DNA from: Schmidtea polychroa
Taxonomy: Eukaryota
Length of the DNA: 64,000 nt
Direction: 5' to 3'
NCBI GenBank assembly: GCA_044892525.1
Contig: CM097885.1
Location: 30,134,001 to 30,198,000 of the forward strand
Under the pieces are notes generated by a model. The model saw only the letters and a program-made list of their open reading frames with translations, did not search any database and was not told the DNA's origin. Numbering within the stretch: position 1 is the stretch's first letter; every line of letters starts with the position of its first letter. Below are positions 27,433 through 39,069 of this stretch, piece after piece. Position numbers and translations under genes: made by a program.

Positions 27433-28062
27433 TTAGAATTCTATTGTTTCAGCAATTCTATCAAGGAGGTCCTCATTATTTGAAGTGTAAACCTTCATTG
27501 AAAGGTGTCTAAAATCACTATTGGAATCTGATTTGATTGTTATATTATTTGTAAGGTGATGAAAGGACTGGATTAGATTCAATTTCAATTTTGTTTTATA
27601 TTCGTCTTTTGTTTCAGTTACTGCATTATTGTTGTCAATAAATACTGACATAAATGTTGAGTTTTCAATTGTCAAATCCAGTTGCATTGGGACAATTGTT
27701 TTGACTTGGAATATATGAACGGTAGTTCCAATGTACGCATTGTCCACGGAATGTCGGAATAAAAAGATCCTGTATTGTTTAGTAATCTTCCACTGGACAA
27801 TTGTTTGTACCACAACATTTGGCTGAATTTCATTTTCATATCTGAAGTTATTGAAAGGTGTCCTGTCTAAAGGACACTTTGAGATTCGGTTTTGAAATAT
27901 TAAAGACAGGAGACATTTGTGATGAAAGAAATGGGTTTCACAACAGGAGGGAGAAACTATTAATGATAACTCATCAAAACTCTCATAACAAATTGTGCAT
28001 AAATTGTCTTCTTTCACGATATTATTGCAATTGTGATGTATTTGACTCAGTTGACAGCTCAT
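27433..28062 (-). CDS. RING-H2 finger protein (putative E3 ubiquitin ligase), copy 1
   Basis: 209-aa intronless ORF: CTIC...CCETHFFHHKC...CPLDR (Asp as last ligand), plus an unrecognised ~140-aa C-terminal domain; AATAAA ~25 nt after the stop. Confidence 0.8.
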   Translation of the reverse strand: MSCQLSQIHHNCNNIVKEDNLCTICYESFDELSLIVSPSCCETHFFHHKCLLSLIFQNRISKCPLDRTPFNNFRYENEIQPNVVVQTIVQWKITKQYRIFLFRHSVDNAYIGTTVHIFQVKTIVPMQLDLTIENSTFMSVFIDNNNAVTETKDEYKTKLKLNLIQSFHHLTNNITIKSDSNSDFRHLSMKVYTSNNEDLLDRIAETIEF

Positions 28063-29521
28063 TGAAAATTTTAAAAATAATTATAATTAAATTTATTTAA
28101 AAATAATTTCTTATATAGATCGAGTGATGATTTAATGAAATTAAAATTCCTTTTTTTACGGAATTTTTTCATCAGAAAATTGTTTCCTTAATTTTTAAAA
28201 AAATTAATTTAATTTTTAATTTAAATGAAAATGAATTAACAATGAATTCAAATTATTTGTAAAACGACATGACAATAATTATTTTTAGGTTATGAAATAA
28301 CCCTTTTTTACATTCATAAATTTTATAAATAGAAGTTGTAGTAAAATATAAACAGAAATAAGCCTTTTTCAGTCTATTAAACAAATAAAATTTATAAAAA
28401 TATTTTCATATTTCATGAATTGAAAAGTAAAGTTTGTACAATCTTTTTACCGTTTTAATCTATTTGTAAGAAAGGCAATAAATATATTTTTATTTGTTTG
28501 AGTTGGCATAAATAAAGGTTGTTTTTATAATTCGTAAAACGGTTGTAAAAATAAAATAAACAAAAAATATTTATTTTAATGCCAGAGATATTTTGGAAGT
28601 TATTGAAAATAGATAAACACTCTTATTTCTTTTTAATAATTTAGCTTTTGTTGTATTGAGGATTCAAATTTTTTTTTGATTTTGCTTGAAAATATATTAT
28701 AAAAAGTTATGAAAATTTACTTCCAAAGATATGATACTTATGTTAGAGGGTAGACTCATCGACACATTAGTCCTATCTAAATACTGTAGTACAAGGTCAA
28801 ATAGATATCGAGTTAATATACTAGGAATAACCATCAAAGTGCATGTCAGCTCCACCCCAAAATCTCAACATCAAACATTCACAATATATCTATCATCTTA
28901 TAGTATTTTTTAAGGATATAATCAAATCAATCATTCAACTTTTTTAATTCAACATCAATCCAATCCAAACCCAACATCATTTATATGACATTTATTATGA
29001 TAGACAATTTATTGATGTGATTTGACATTCTAATAATTTATTTAGTGAGACAGTCAATTTATTATATTTTAGTATTAATTAAAAATTATATATTTATGAT
29101 CAATTTATTATTTTTATTTATTATTATAAAACAATTTATTATTAACAAATATGGTTAAATTTATTAACATTGAAATCAACAGAAATGAAAAATTAAAGTG
29201 TTTTAAAATGACAAAACAAATATAAGAAAAATCAATTTAAGTGTTTTTTGTTTGACATATGGGTAAAATAAATAAATAATTTGTATAAAAGCTGAAACAA
29301 AATTAGAAAAATTGCCACAAAATATTTTGGACCTTGGCGTTAAAAACATATATCATAGATTGACTCAAGGTAATCTTGTTCAGTCTCTAAAACTAAAATA
29401 AGAAACACAAAGATTTACAAAAAATCCTTGCATTATGAACATAACATGCACACAATAAGGTATTCAAATACATTGATATTTATATAACACATCTGAACAT
29501 TGAATTTTTATCTGTTTAAAG

Positions 29522-29893
29522 CAAGGGTTCTTAACCTTTTCAAACTTATGGACCACATAAATATATAATTGGTACCGATGGACCCCTGATATGTAAAAAA
29601 TTAATAAATTGATAGTAAAACACGTACATTTTTTAATAAATATTTATAAATCTGTTTATTCAGCTTCAAACAAAAGTAATACTACTACTGAGACTTAAAT
29701 TATTTAGTATAAAAGTTCAAATGTTAGAATTTTAATGCTACAAAACAGTAAAGAAATGTTACTTATTACTTTAGTTACAATATCAAGATAACATAAAATA
29801 TTTTTTATGATTTTTTGTAAATAGTGCCGCGGACCACTTTGAACCCGTTCGCGGACCCCCTGGGGTCCATGTACCCCAGGTTAATAACCACTG
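29522..29893 (-). mobile_element. hAT-type MITE, copy 2
   Basis: Reverse complement of 1173-1545 with its own 8-bp TSD GTTTAAAG (29514-29521, 29894-29901). Confidence 0.93.
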
Positions 29894-30476
29894 GTTTAAA
29901 GACATTCAGCATATTTAAAGATTGTGATTATCTATTGTGATTCGATCAGTGGAGATTTGTATTATGAAGTAAATATTTGTTATTTTAATAAAATTTTAAA
30001 GACTTCAAGCCTTATTTATTATCTATTTAAGAATCACCCCCAAGTTGGGATTTCAAGTAATAATATTTGAGACATCAACACTTACTATATGTAATCATTT
30101 GGGTAAAGATGATCCAGATAGTCTGGATATTTATTATGATCGTTTTAGTAATTTTTATAGGATGTCAAAATATTAAACTTTAATTAGTTTTTTAATTGAT
30201 TTTGTAAGTTCTAACATCACTGCAATTGAAAATGTCGTATTTTTTGATTGTTTTAATAAGTATAATTAATTTTACATAATTAAACAGGCATATTGAGAAC
30301 AAACATTTCAAATTTGAAAATGTTAAATAATGATTTCATAATTTATTAGGAACGTATTACTGTAAGGTTTTGACAAGGCCGTAACAAGGCATTATTGCGC
30401 CCTGTGCGGTTCATATATCTGGCGCCCCCAACACGCGAATTCAAAACAGTCAACTATAATCATTATAATGTTCATG

Positions 30477-33400
30477 GAGTGTTGTAACTAGGGTGGGGCA
30501 GCTGGGGCGGCCGCCCCGGGCGACAGCTCCGGGGGCGCAAAATCGATAAAATATTTAATTTTTATACTTAATATTATTTAAATATAAAATAAACTAATAA
30601 CTGATATATACATACATTAGCCTTATGTGATTAAAATTGTTTGCACAATAAAAAAGTAACAAAATTTATACACCTCTAAAAATTATTATATAAAATAGAG
30701 CTCTAAGGAAATTTTTTTGTTTTGTCAAATGATTTTTATAATAAATATTTAAAGAAAATAAAACAATTTTATTTTTTTTATAAATTTATAAGATTTGAAG
30801 TTCAAATTTTGAACCTTATGGTGGACACGGAAAAAATTTTTTACCGACATCTGTCGAATTTTATCGACATTTGTCGAAACTATTGTATTTTTTGGCGCGC
30901 TTTATATTTTCTATTGTTCTTTTTTGAATTTTAACGGATTTCTTGCCTTGTCCACTCTATGATTTGAACCTTAAAATTTGAATTTACGCATGAATTTTTT
31001 CTTTCATTAAAAATATTCGTTGCATAAGAAATTCAAACTTCTAATAAAAATATTATTATAATCAAAAATAAATGAGAATTAATTTATTTTTATCTTCAAG
31101 AGTGATAAATTCTTAAAAAGTGGTAAATTTTATCATATTTTTAATTCATTACTGTAAGTGTGATTAAATATTTGTAAATTTATTAGTGAAAATATAATTA
31201 TGAGTGAAAATTGAATATTTATTAAGAATTTTTATTAATTATTTTTAATTAGTGTTTAAATTAATAAAAGTTTTAACAAAGCAAAATGTCAGAAAATGAA
31301 CCCAGTGGATTTCAACGTCGTTAAAGACAAAAAGTTTTGGAGGAAGAGGCAAGAAAATTAAGTCAACTGATGAAAACTTTTCTTAAAAAGACTAATATGA
31401 ATGATAATAATTTTAATACAATTCAAAATGAATCAGATGATGAAATGCTTGATATTGATGAAACTGACTTGATATTGATGATTCTGACATGAAAAGTGAA
31501 AAAGATAGTGATATAAATAGTGTGAAAGATATTGAGATAGTCGAGTATATTGAAAGTTCAAAGTCTCAAAATATTGATATACTCAACGTATTAAAACATC
31601 ATGATATGGGATTTATTGATTATGATTCAATTCAGCCAAAAATCTCTCACAATGTTTTCAAAGAAATTGTATCGCGTGGTTCAGCATTATTTCAAAATTC
31701 CAATTCTGAATTTGATTTAAGTGGTGGACGATCTATGAATGCTGCATGGTTTAAGCGAATTTTGCTAATGGAACTGAAGTAAATTGAACTTGGCTTGTCT
31801 ATTCTCCTCATAAAAAAGCAGCTTTTTGTTTTTGCTGTGTATTATTTTATAACTCCAATTGCAAATCCTCATTTTCATCACTAAATGGTTTTAACAGCTG
31901 GAGACACACTGAGAGAGTTCAAGATCATGAAAATAGTGCAGTACATCGTAAGTTATTTTCAATTTCTGGTCTTCAAAAGAGAATTTGTAATTTGAATCAT
32001 CGAGCTTTATTTATAAATTGCGACAATCATAGTCTTAATCTGGCTGGACTACACTCAGCTGCAACTGATTCAATTGTAATGACATTTTTTGGCTCAATTA
32101 AGAAAATATTTGCTTTTTTTCACGTTCTACTTTACGATGGCAAAAATTAAAAGATGCTGTACAATTAACTTTGAAATGTGAAACAACCACAAGATGGAGT
32201 GCAAGATCTGAAGCTGTAAAAGTATTTTTTTTGCAACTCAATGAAATTATAGATCTTCTTGAAGAACTTTCTGAAGACTCCAATCAAACAACACAAAATT
32301 TTCTTGGTTTGATTCATTTTTGGCATAATGTTTTGAACAAAATTGATCTAGTTCAAAAAAGATTACAAGATCCGAAAATGAATTTTTTGACGCAGCACTT
32401 GATTTAGATGGACTTAACCCTTTTATACGGAGTGTACAATATATTGTACACAGTTTTGTGTGCTGAATATCTGTTGTACATTTTCGAAAATATAATGTGA
32501 GAAGTACTTTTTAAGAAAATTGAAATTTGTTCTAGTACATTTTAATAATTTTGGCGCCAAATAGTGACATTTTCAGTATTTTTCAGTTGATTTTGTGAAG
32601 AGCACACGCAAAAAGAAAAATTAATTCCCGAATGAAAGGGTTAAAGAAACTTTAATTGAAACGCGTGAATATTTATGTGCAGCTGCTATAGAATTTGCTC
32701 AAGGAAAATGTACAGAATGGGACATTCAAATTTTGAGAAGAATTCGTCGAGCAAAAAAAGGATAGGAGAAAAAGCTTTTGATAGTGGTCTAACGGTAATT
32801 TAAGAGCTCGATCGTGTGTTAAAAAGCATCATTGACAAATTAATACAAGAAATGAACAGTCGATTTGAAGCTCTTAACAATTTAAATTCAAAATTTGGAT
32901 TTTTATTAGATGTCAAAAATCTTTTACGTAATGAGAGTGTTGAGGGCTTAAAAAGAAAGTTGCACATATTTTAGTAACTTCTATAAAACTGATGTTAGTG
33001 GTGAAGAGTTGTTTAATGACATTATAGATTACAGAATGCTTTTAATGAGCCGAAAAGATGCACAACCAACAAATTCATTGGATCTTTTAAAATTTATTGT
33101 GTCTTATGGAGATGATAGTTTCCCCAGTTTGAGAACATCTCTTCAATTTCTACTTACAATTGGAATCTCGATTGCCAGTTGTGAACGTTCATTCAGTAAG
33201 CTTAAATTAATTTTATCATATTTAAGAGCATTAATGGGACAAGATAGGCTAAGTGATCTCGCATTATTAAGTATAGAACGTAAGGCAACAGAAAAAAATT
33301 AATTTTGATGAAGTAATTGATAAATTTGCATCAGTAAAATCAAGGAAAATTAACTTGTAATATAAATAAGATGAAATATAATAAAATTTAAAAGAAATTT

Positions 33401-33584
33401 TTCTTTAATGTATATTTCTCAATATTTTATTTAATTTTTAATGAAGTTATTATGTCTTTCTGATATCTTCAGTAATCACAACCAACTATTAATATTTTCT
33501 TTATTTAAAAAATCTAATTAATTGAGGTTGGGGGCGAAATATTTTGACTCGCATCGGGCGCCACAGACCCTAGTTACTCCACTG
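30477..33584 (+). mobile_element. hAT element with decayed Tip100/ZMYM1-like transposase
   Basis: TIRs GAGTGTTGTAACTAGGGT / ACCCTAGTTACTCCACTG; TSD TGTTCATG / TGTTCAAG. Peptides WLVYSPHKKAAFCFCC, CDNHSLNL, TTRWSAR and SCERSFSKLKLILSYLR...RLSDLALLSIE. Internal deletion near 31960. Confidence 0.88.
32418..32640. mobile_element. piggyBac-type MITE
   Basis: TTAA on both sides; TIRs CCCTTTTATACGG / CCGAATGAAAGGG; excision restores the host frame DLDGLKETLIETRE. Confidence 0.9.
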
Positions 33585-34733
33585 TGTTCAAGTTAAGATT
33601 GTTGACTATGTATTCATCTCCAGCTATTATATAATAGGTTACTAATGCTCTTAAAATTCTGTTGCTAATTGAAAAAATGACAGGAACCTATTTTGTGGAC
33701 TAAAATTTTATAAATTACACACCTACGAAGGCACGCTAATGGACCAGTCCAACCAGTAATGTTAAAGATAGGCTAGCTAGGATGTCGTTTTTTTTCGTTC
33801 ATGTCATTTATTATTTTTTATTTATATTTTTTCATTTTTTAGTGACATTCAAAAATTGGTACATCCCAATTTTGCGCTCCTTTCAGATGTGCGCCCTGTG
33901 CAACTTTACCGCTCCCACCACTCTTGTTACGGCCCTGGGTTTTAATGATAAATCACTTAACCAAAATTTTAACATAAAAAATGCATTAACAATGTGTATT
34001 TCAACAGTGTTGAAATAGTTTTATTGAATTCTGCACATGTAATATGTAATTACTTATGAACATACAATCATAATTGTTATTATTGAAGCTGTTTAGTGTC
34101 TAATGATGACAACCGAGATGTCGAAATATAAAATATTTTTTTAAAATTATTCTTTCTATAAAAAAACAATTAGCATTGTTATTTAATATTTTATTTGAAA
34201 AATATATTAATTCTTATTAAAATTGAGTCCCGAGCAACAAATTTGTTGAGGTTGTCGTCAACTTCGGGATCACGCAATAACTAGATAAATATTCACTAAA
34301 GACATCAAGGAAATTAAACTAGAAAATAGTTTATTTTGAAATATTTATTTTTGATTTCATGGCTTCAGAAATTTATAGAAATAATTTTGATTTTTTAAGT
34401 TAATTTGATAAAAATTTTATTTCGATATTAAATTAACAATTTTTGTTGTTCGATATGCGTTATACTCCAACGCACAATTAACTCAAAACGGTGAACAGAA
34501 GTGCCTTACAATAACGGTGTAATTGGGACCAGGCGCTCACCATCAAGTACAAAACGCCTACAATTAAATTAAGGCTTTTATGTAACTCGCAAGTACGTCT
34601 AAGAAAAACTACGTACTAATATATATCAAGTATGCAATATCTTCCTTGATGGCCATTTCTAAAATTCATGTATTACTATAAATTTCAGCAAAATTAATAA
34701 TCGTGAAGTTGATTTGGGCACCAATTTATATTA

Positions 34734-34843
34734 CGCCTAATTCCGAAATATAAAAATTTCTATAATCTAAAAATCGATTAAGTTATAATATAGGAACACA
34801 CAAATTTGTGTGTAAAAATTTAATGTTTCAAAACTTAAGTTTT
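34734..34843 (+). mobile_element. Orphan end of the CACC-family transposon
   Basis: TA-CGCCTAATTCCGAAA followed by the same subterminal sequence (TAGGAACACACAAA) as the copy that starts at 34846. Confidence 0.7.
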
Positions 34844-34845
34844 TA

Positions 34846-35931
34846 CACCTAATTCCGAAAGTTAAAAGTTTCTATAATCTAAAAAAATCGTAAAAATTAT
34901 AATATAGGAACACACAAACTTACCTGTGTGTAAAGATTTAATGTTCCGAAAGTTAGAAGTTTTATTACAGGAATTCAGAAAGTGACAGAAAAATAATTTT
35001 ACATACAAACACAGCACACATAAAATAAAATACATGCAAATTTATTATAGCTTTTTTTATTCCGAAAGTTAAAAGTAATTAACATTTTGTAAACAAATCA
35101 TTATTTTTAATATATTAAAATTCATGGCAGAAAAAATTTTTGATTTTCAATCGGACAACTCTACTTTGAGTTTTCGATAAAAGGACGACAAAACACCGTA
35201 AAATCTATTTATAAAATATTTTTGAAGTTATTATTTCTTTAGATATTTAGATATTTCTCTGGAAACGCTAGTTTTTAAGAAGGTGAAGAATTGACAATGT
35301 AAGAATTTTTTCATTTAATTACAAATAATTAAAATATTTTAAAGTATATCAGATATTTCTTGTCAAACGACTTTGTGTGAAGGTAGCATTTCTAATATTC
35401 AACAAGGTCCATCGGAAAACGTAAATTTTAATAACTTGTATAAAAAAATAATAATTTCATAGAATTACATAAAAAGACAAAATTCACCATACCAATGACC
35501 TGGAGAAAGAAGATTACAAAAACTTAACAAAGTTCTCCGCTTCTTCCTTAAATGTCTTAAAAAAATAAATGTGTTTGATGATTTCTTTATTTATTTATAG
35601 TTAAAATTATTAATCAAACTTACATTTTATCGAAATAATTCCAAATAAATTCATAGTCATACAAATCCTAAAGAAACCCTGAAAATGAATTAAAAATAAT
35701 TTATAATCAAAATGTTGACTACAAGTAACATTTAAGAGCTTGAATAGTGATCTCATAATTTTATAAAATCAAAATTCAAACCTTAAAAGTTACTTAAATT
35801 AAAAAAACTTACTTGTAAAATTGAATAAATGAAATGAAGTAAATAACTTCACATTCTCATAAATGGTGAGTCATCGACTGATGAACAGGCCAACGTGTAT
35901 TATAGAGACTTTAAACTTTTGGAATTAGGTG
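34846..35931 (+). mobile_element. CACC-ended Tc1/IS630-like transposon (copy A2)
   Basis: TIRs CACCTAATTCCGAAAG / CTTTTGGAATTAGGTG; TA flanks; spliced exons beginning ATGGCAGAAAAA at ~35124; C-terminal-like KVLRFFLKCLKK. Confidence 0.88.
35724..35794 (-). ncRNA. Candidate bantam-family pre-miRNA hairpin 2 (variant UGAGAUCACUAUUCAAGCUCUU, 35755-35734)
   Basis: Same stem as hairpin 1 with compensatory pairs; intron donor at 35812 and acceptor at 35679 conserved. Confidence 0.68.
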
Positions 35932-36560
35932 TACACCAAACACCATTGAGAACCGTTTACTATATTATAACAAAAAAATCAATAATCTTAAATTATAGAA
36001 ACATACATACTTACTTTGATTTCACATTGATGTTCTCATTTATAGCTCAGTGAGATACATCTTATATTATAGAAATCTGAAAAGTGGAAGAAAAATTTAA
36101 AACTGCACACAAACGCAACACATATTAAAAAACACATACAAACTTTTGATTCGTAGAAATGTAACGATGAGATACGTTTCTATAATAATTCTATTTTAGA
36201 CAATTTTTAGAAAAAAAAGATCGTTGAAAATTTTTTAAATTATATTTTTAATGAAAATATCAAGAACAGATGAATTTGGTTCAATATCTTTTTACTCCAG
36301 ATTTGATTTCCTTTAAGAATCCCTTCATATTGATCTCAGAAAAAAATTTACAAAAATTAAAAAAATTATTCTAATCAGCGATTTTTCCCAAAATGTTTTA
36401 AAAAAATACATTGATTGATATATTTATTTAATTAATTATAATTAAAATAATATATCGAACTCACATTTTTTTGAAATAATTCCATGATAAATGTCATAAA
36501 ATTCCTAAAAAAACCATGAAAATTAATTAAAAATAATTTATAATTATATTGTTGATTAAA

Positions 36561-36630
36561 AGTAATATTTAAGAACTTGAATAATGATCTCATATCTATA
36601 TGGATCAAAATTCAAGTCTTAAAATTTACT
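36561..36630 (-). ncRNA. Candidate bantam-family pre-miRNA hairpin 3 (3p product 36592-36571)
   Basis: Identical 22-mer; different apical stem (TGATCCATAT-AG-ATATGAGATCA) that still pairs; flanking splice sites appear degenerate in this copy. Confidence 0.66.
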
Positions 36631-36819
36631 TAAAATTCAAAAACTTATCTGAAAACGATTTTTGAAAAATTGAAAAAATAAAATTAAGTAAACATTGTCA
36701 CACAAAATAAATCTGCCTTACATTATATCGAAATAATTCGAAATTATTCTAAAATAAATTTATTAAAATTTCATAAAATTCCCTAAAAATTTAATTTATG
36801 ATACAAATGTTGACTAAAG

Positions 36820-36888
36820 GTAATATTTAAGAACTTGAATAATGATCTCATAATTATATAAAATCAAAACTCAAGCCTTAAAATTTAC
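36820..36888 (-). ncRNA. Candidate bantam-family pre-miRNA hairpin 4 (3p product 36850-36829)
   Basis: Identical 22-mer; complementary 5' arm; GTAAGT donor upstream on the same strand (ACTTAC 36904-36910). Confidence 0.66.
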
Positions 36889-37753
36889 TTAAAATTAAAA
36901 AAAACTTACTTTAAAGCAATTTCTAAAATTGAATAAATGAGGTTACAAACTTCATTTTCTCATAAATGGTGAGTTACCTAGAACTGGTGTACACACTAAC
37001 GTGCATTATAGAAACTTTTATATTTCGAGACAAGGTGTATAGAAGTTGTTACTCATTCAAACAAATTGCAGTGAGTTTCATGGAAGGAGATTTAAAAGCG
37101 TCTTTAAATTAGTAAACATTATTGTTAAAAGCTATTGTAGTAATTTTTAAGTTTGATGCGTATTAATACATTATACTTATAGCAATACTTATAGCATATT
37201 GAATTTAGAAATGGTGTGTTTATTAGCTAGTGTATCTAGTTCCTAATAATAAAATATCAATTCCAACGTGTTAAACAAAATTATTAGGTTATTAGTATAA
37301 ATACTTGTAATTAGACGGCATTATTGGAACCTCGAAAAATAATAATTTAATATAAACGAAGATATGGCTCTGAAAGTGCTTTTTTTACTTAGCTTAATGA
37401 AGTTTTATCTAGTTAGTCATTTTGTTATTTTTTGATATTTTCCACAATTTTTAATTATTTATTTTCCCTAATATTCATATTTATATTTTTTTTGCATGCT
37501 CGGAAAATTTTCTTACGCTCGAATGACATAAATCTTGTTGAATGTTATAAATTATATATGTTGCTTGTCACTGCTTTTTGTATGATGTTTCCTATAGAAA
37601 AATGATTGTGTTTTATTTTTTCTTTATTTTGGGTTCTTCATTACTGGAAATAGAGTCTTTTCTTGATACTTTATCTGTGTTAAAAATATAAGTTTGATAA
37701 TTTCAAAATCTAATCACTCAAAATCAAAATATTTAATAAAATGTAATTATACT

Positions 37754-37996
37754 TGTAAGATGATATAATAATTTCCAAAGAATTACTTACATAACTATTG
37801 AATGATGCATGAATGCTTGTATAACTAAATTAAGTAAGTATGTTTGTCTTCTGTGTCAACAGTATCACTTAAACTAATAATTCTCCCTTTTGTAGATTAT
37901 GCAATTCAATGTACTATAAATAGTATAACGATTGTGTGTTCCGTTTAGATTTTGTAGTGAATAAATATTTCTGTGAAACTATGTCTTTTTCTAACA
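37754..37996 (+). repeat. 5' LTR (243 bp)
   Basis: Matches the 3' LTR by eye except for a 22-bp indel. Confidence 0.95.
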
Positions 37997-39069
37997 TGGC
38001 GACCACGCCAGGACTCCAGAACTATATCAAGCCACCTAATCAATTGCTGCCAAATGGTGATTTAGAAATTTTTATTTTGGAATTGAAGAGATTTTTCGAA
38101 TTCACTCAACAACCGCAAGAAACTCAAGAAATTTTTACCAAGGCCTTTCTGTCGGTAGAGTTGATCCAGAAATATGAAGAAGTACAGAGCGATTATTCAG
38201 GCTATGAAGAAAGATTAAGAAAAGCGTTCGAGCCAAGGAAAAATCTAGCCATGGATCTAGACGCAGCTTTAAGATATCGAAAGGAAATGACTCGTGCACC
38301 GAATTTTTCAATAAAGTGGAAAAGCTCGTCGACAATGTTCTTCGACACAAATTAACAAAACCGGCATTAATGTTATTTTTAATGCAGAATGCAATGGAAG
38401 ATATGGAAACAAAAAAAAGAATTGAAATTAAGAGAAGTTAAATCAGTAGATAAGGCCAAGGAAGTGATATCAAGAATGGAAGAAATTCAAAAAGAGCTTT
38501 CAAGTGAGCAATCATTAGCATCTCTACATGAAAATAAATCATATGCGGAGACAGTCAAAAGTCCGAGAAAAACTCAGTTGTACCAACAGAATAAGACGCC
38601 AATATTTTCTAACTCTAGAACCAATGAGGCCGCGAACTTCAATATGCCAAATAAAAGTGACTGGAAGAACGGGACCAGGCGATTTAAACTGCAGAGATGT
38701 TGGGCGTGTGGAGAGCAAGGACATATTCGAGCAGAATGCCCAAACGTAAAATGCTCTCAATGTTCCAAAAATGGTCATTTCAAGCATCAATGTTGGGACA
38801 TCAGAAGAAATTCAGTTAAAACAGAAGCATATTACAACGGAAGAAATTATGATAGAAACCAAAAACAATTTGGATCCAGAGGACAATATCAAAGCACAAA
38901 CCAATCTTCAGACAGAGGACCACATCGAAGACAATGCAATGCGATATACGACTACGAATACGAGGAAGGAGAGCTGATTCAACAGGATGACATGCAAAAA
39001 GATTGCGAACAGCTAAAAGGGGAGGCTCCAGTTTCAAGGGAGTTGCTAGGAGCCATAAATTTGGTTTAA
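37996..39069 (+). pseudogene. gag, two frameshifts
   Basis: MATTPGLQ... with shifts near 38280 and 38415 in A-runs; two CCHC knuckles, CWACGEQGHIRAEC and CSQCSKNGHFKHQC. Confidence 0.85.

Larger units (their letters stand above)
30374..33937. mobile_element. Non-autonomous hAT element (outer member of a nest)
   Basis: TIRs CAAGGCCGTAACAAG / CTTGTTACGGCCCTG; 8-bp TSD GGTTTTGA / GGTTTTAA (one mismatch). Confidence 0.8.
35934..37037 (+). mobile_element. CACC-family composite element (B-type left end, A-type right part) with two hairpins
   Basis: Starts CACCAAACACCATTGA and is colinear with 50867-52870 minus its two inserts; ends TTTCGAGACAAGGTG-TA; the two ends do not match each other. Confidence 0.78.
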
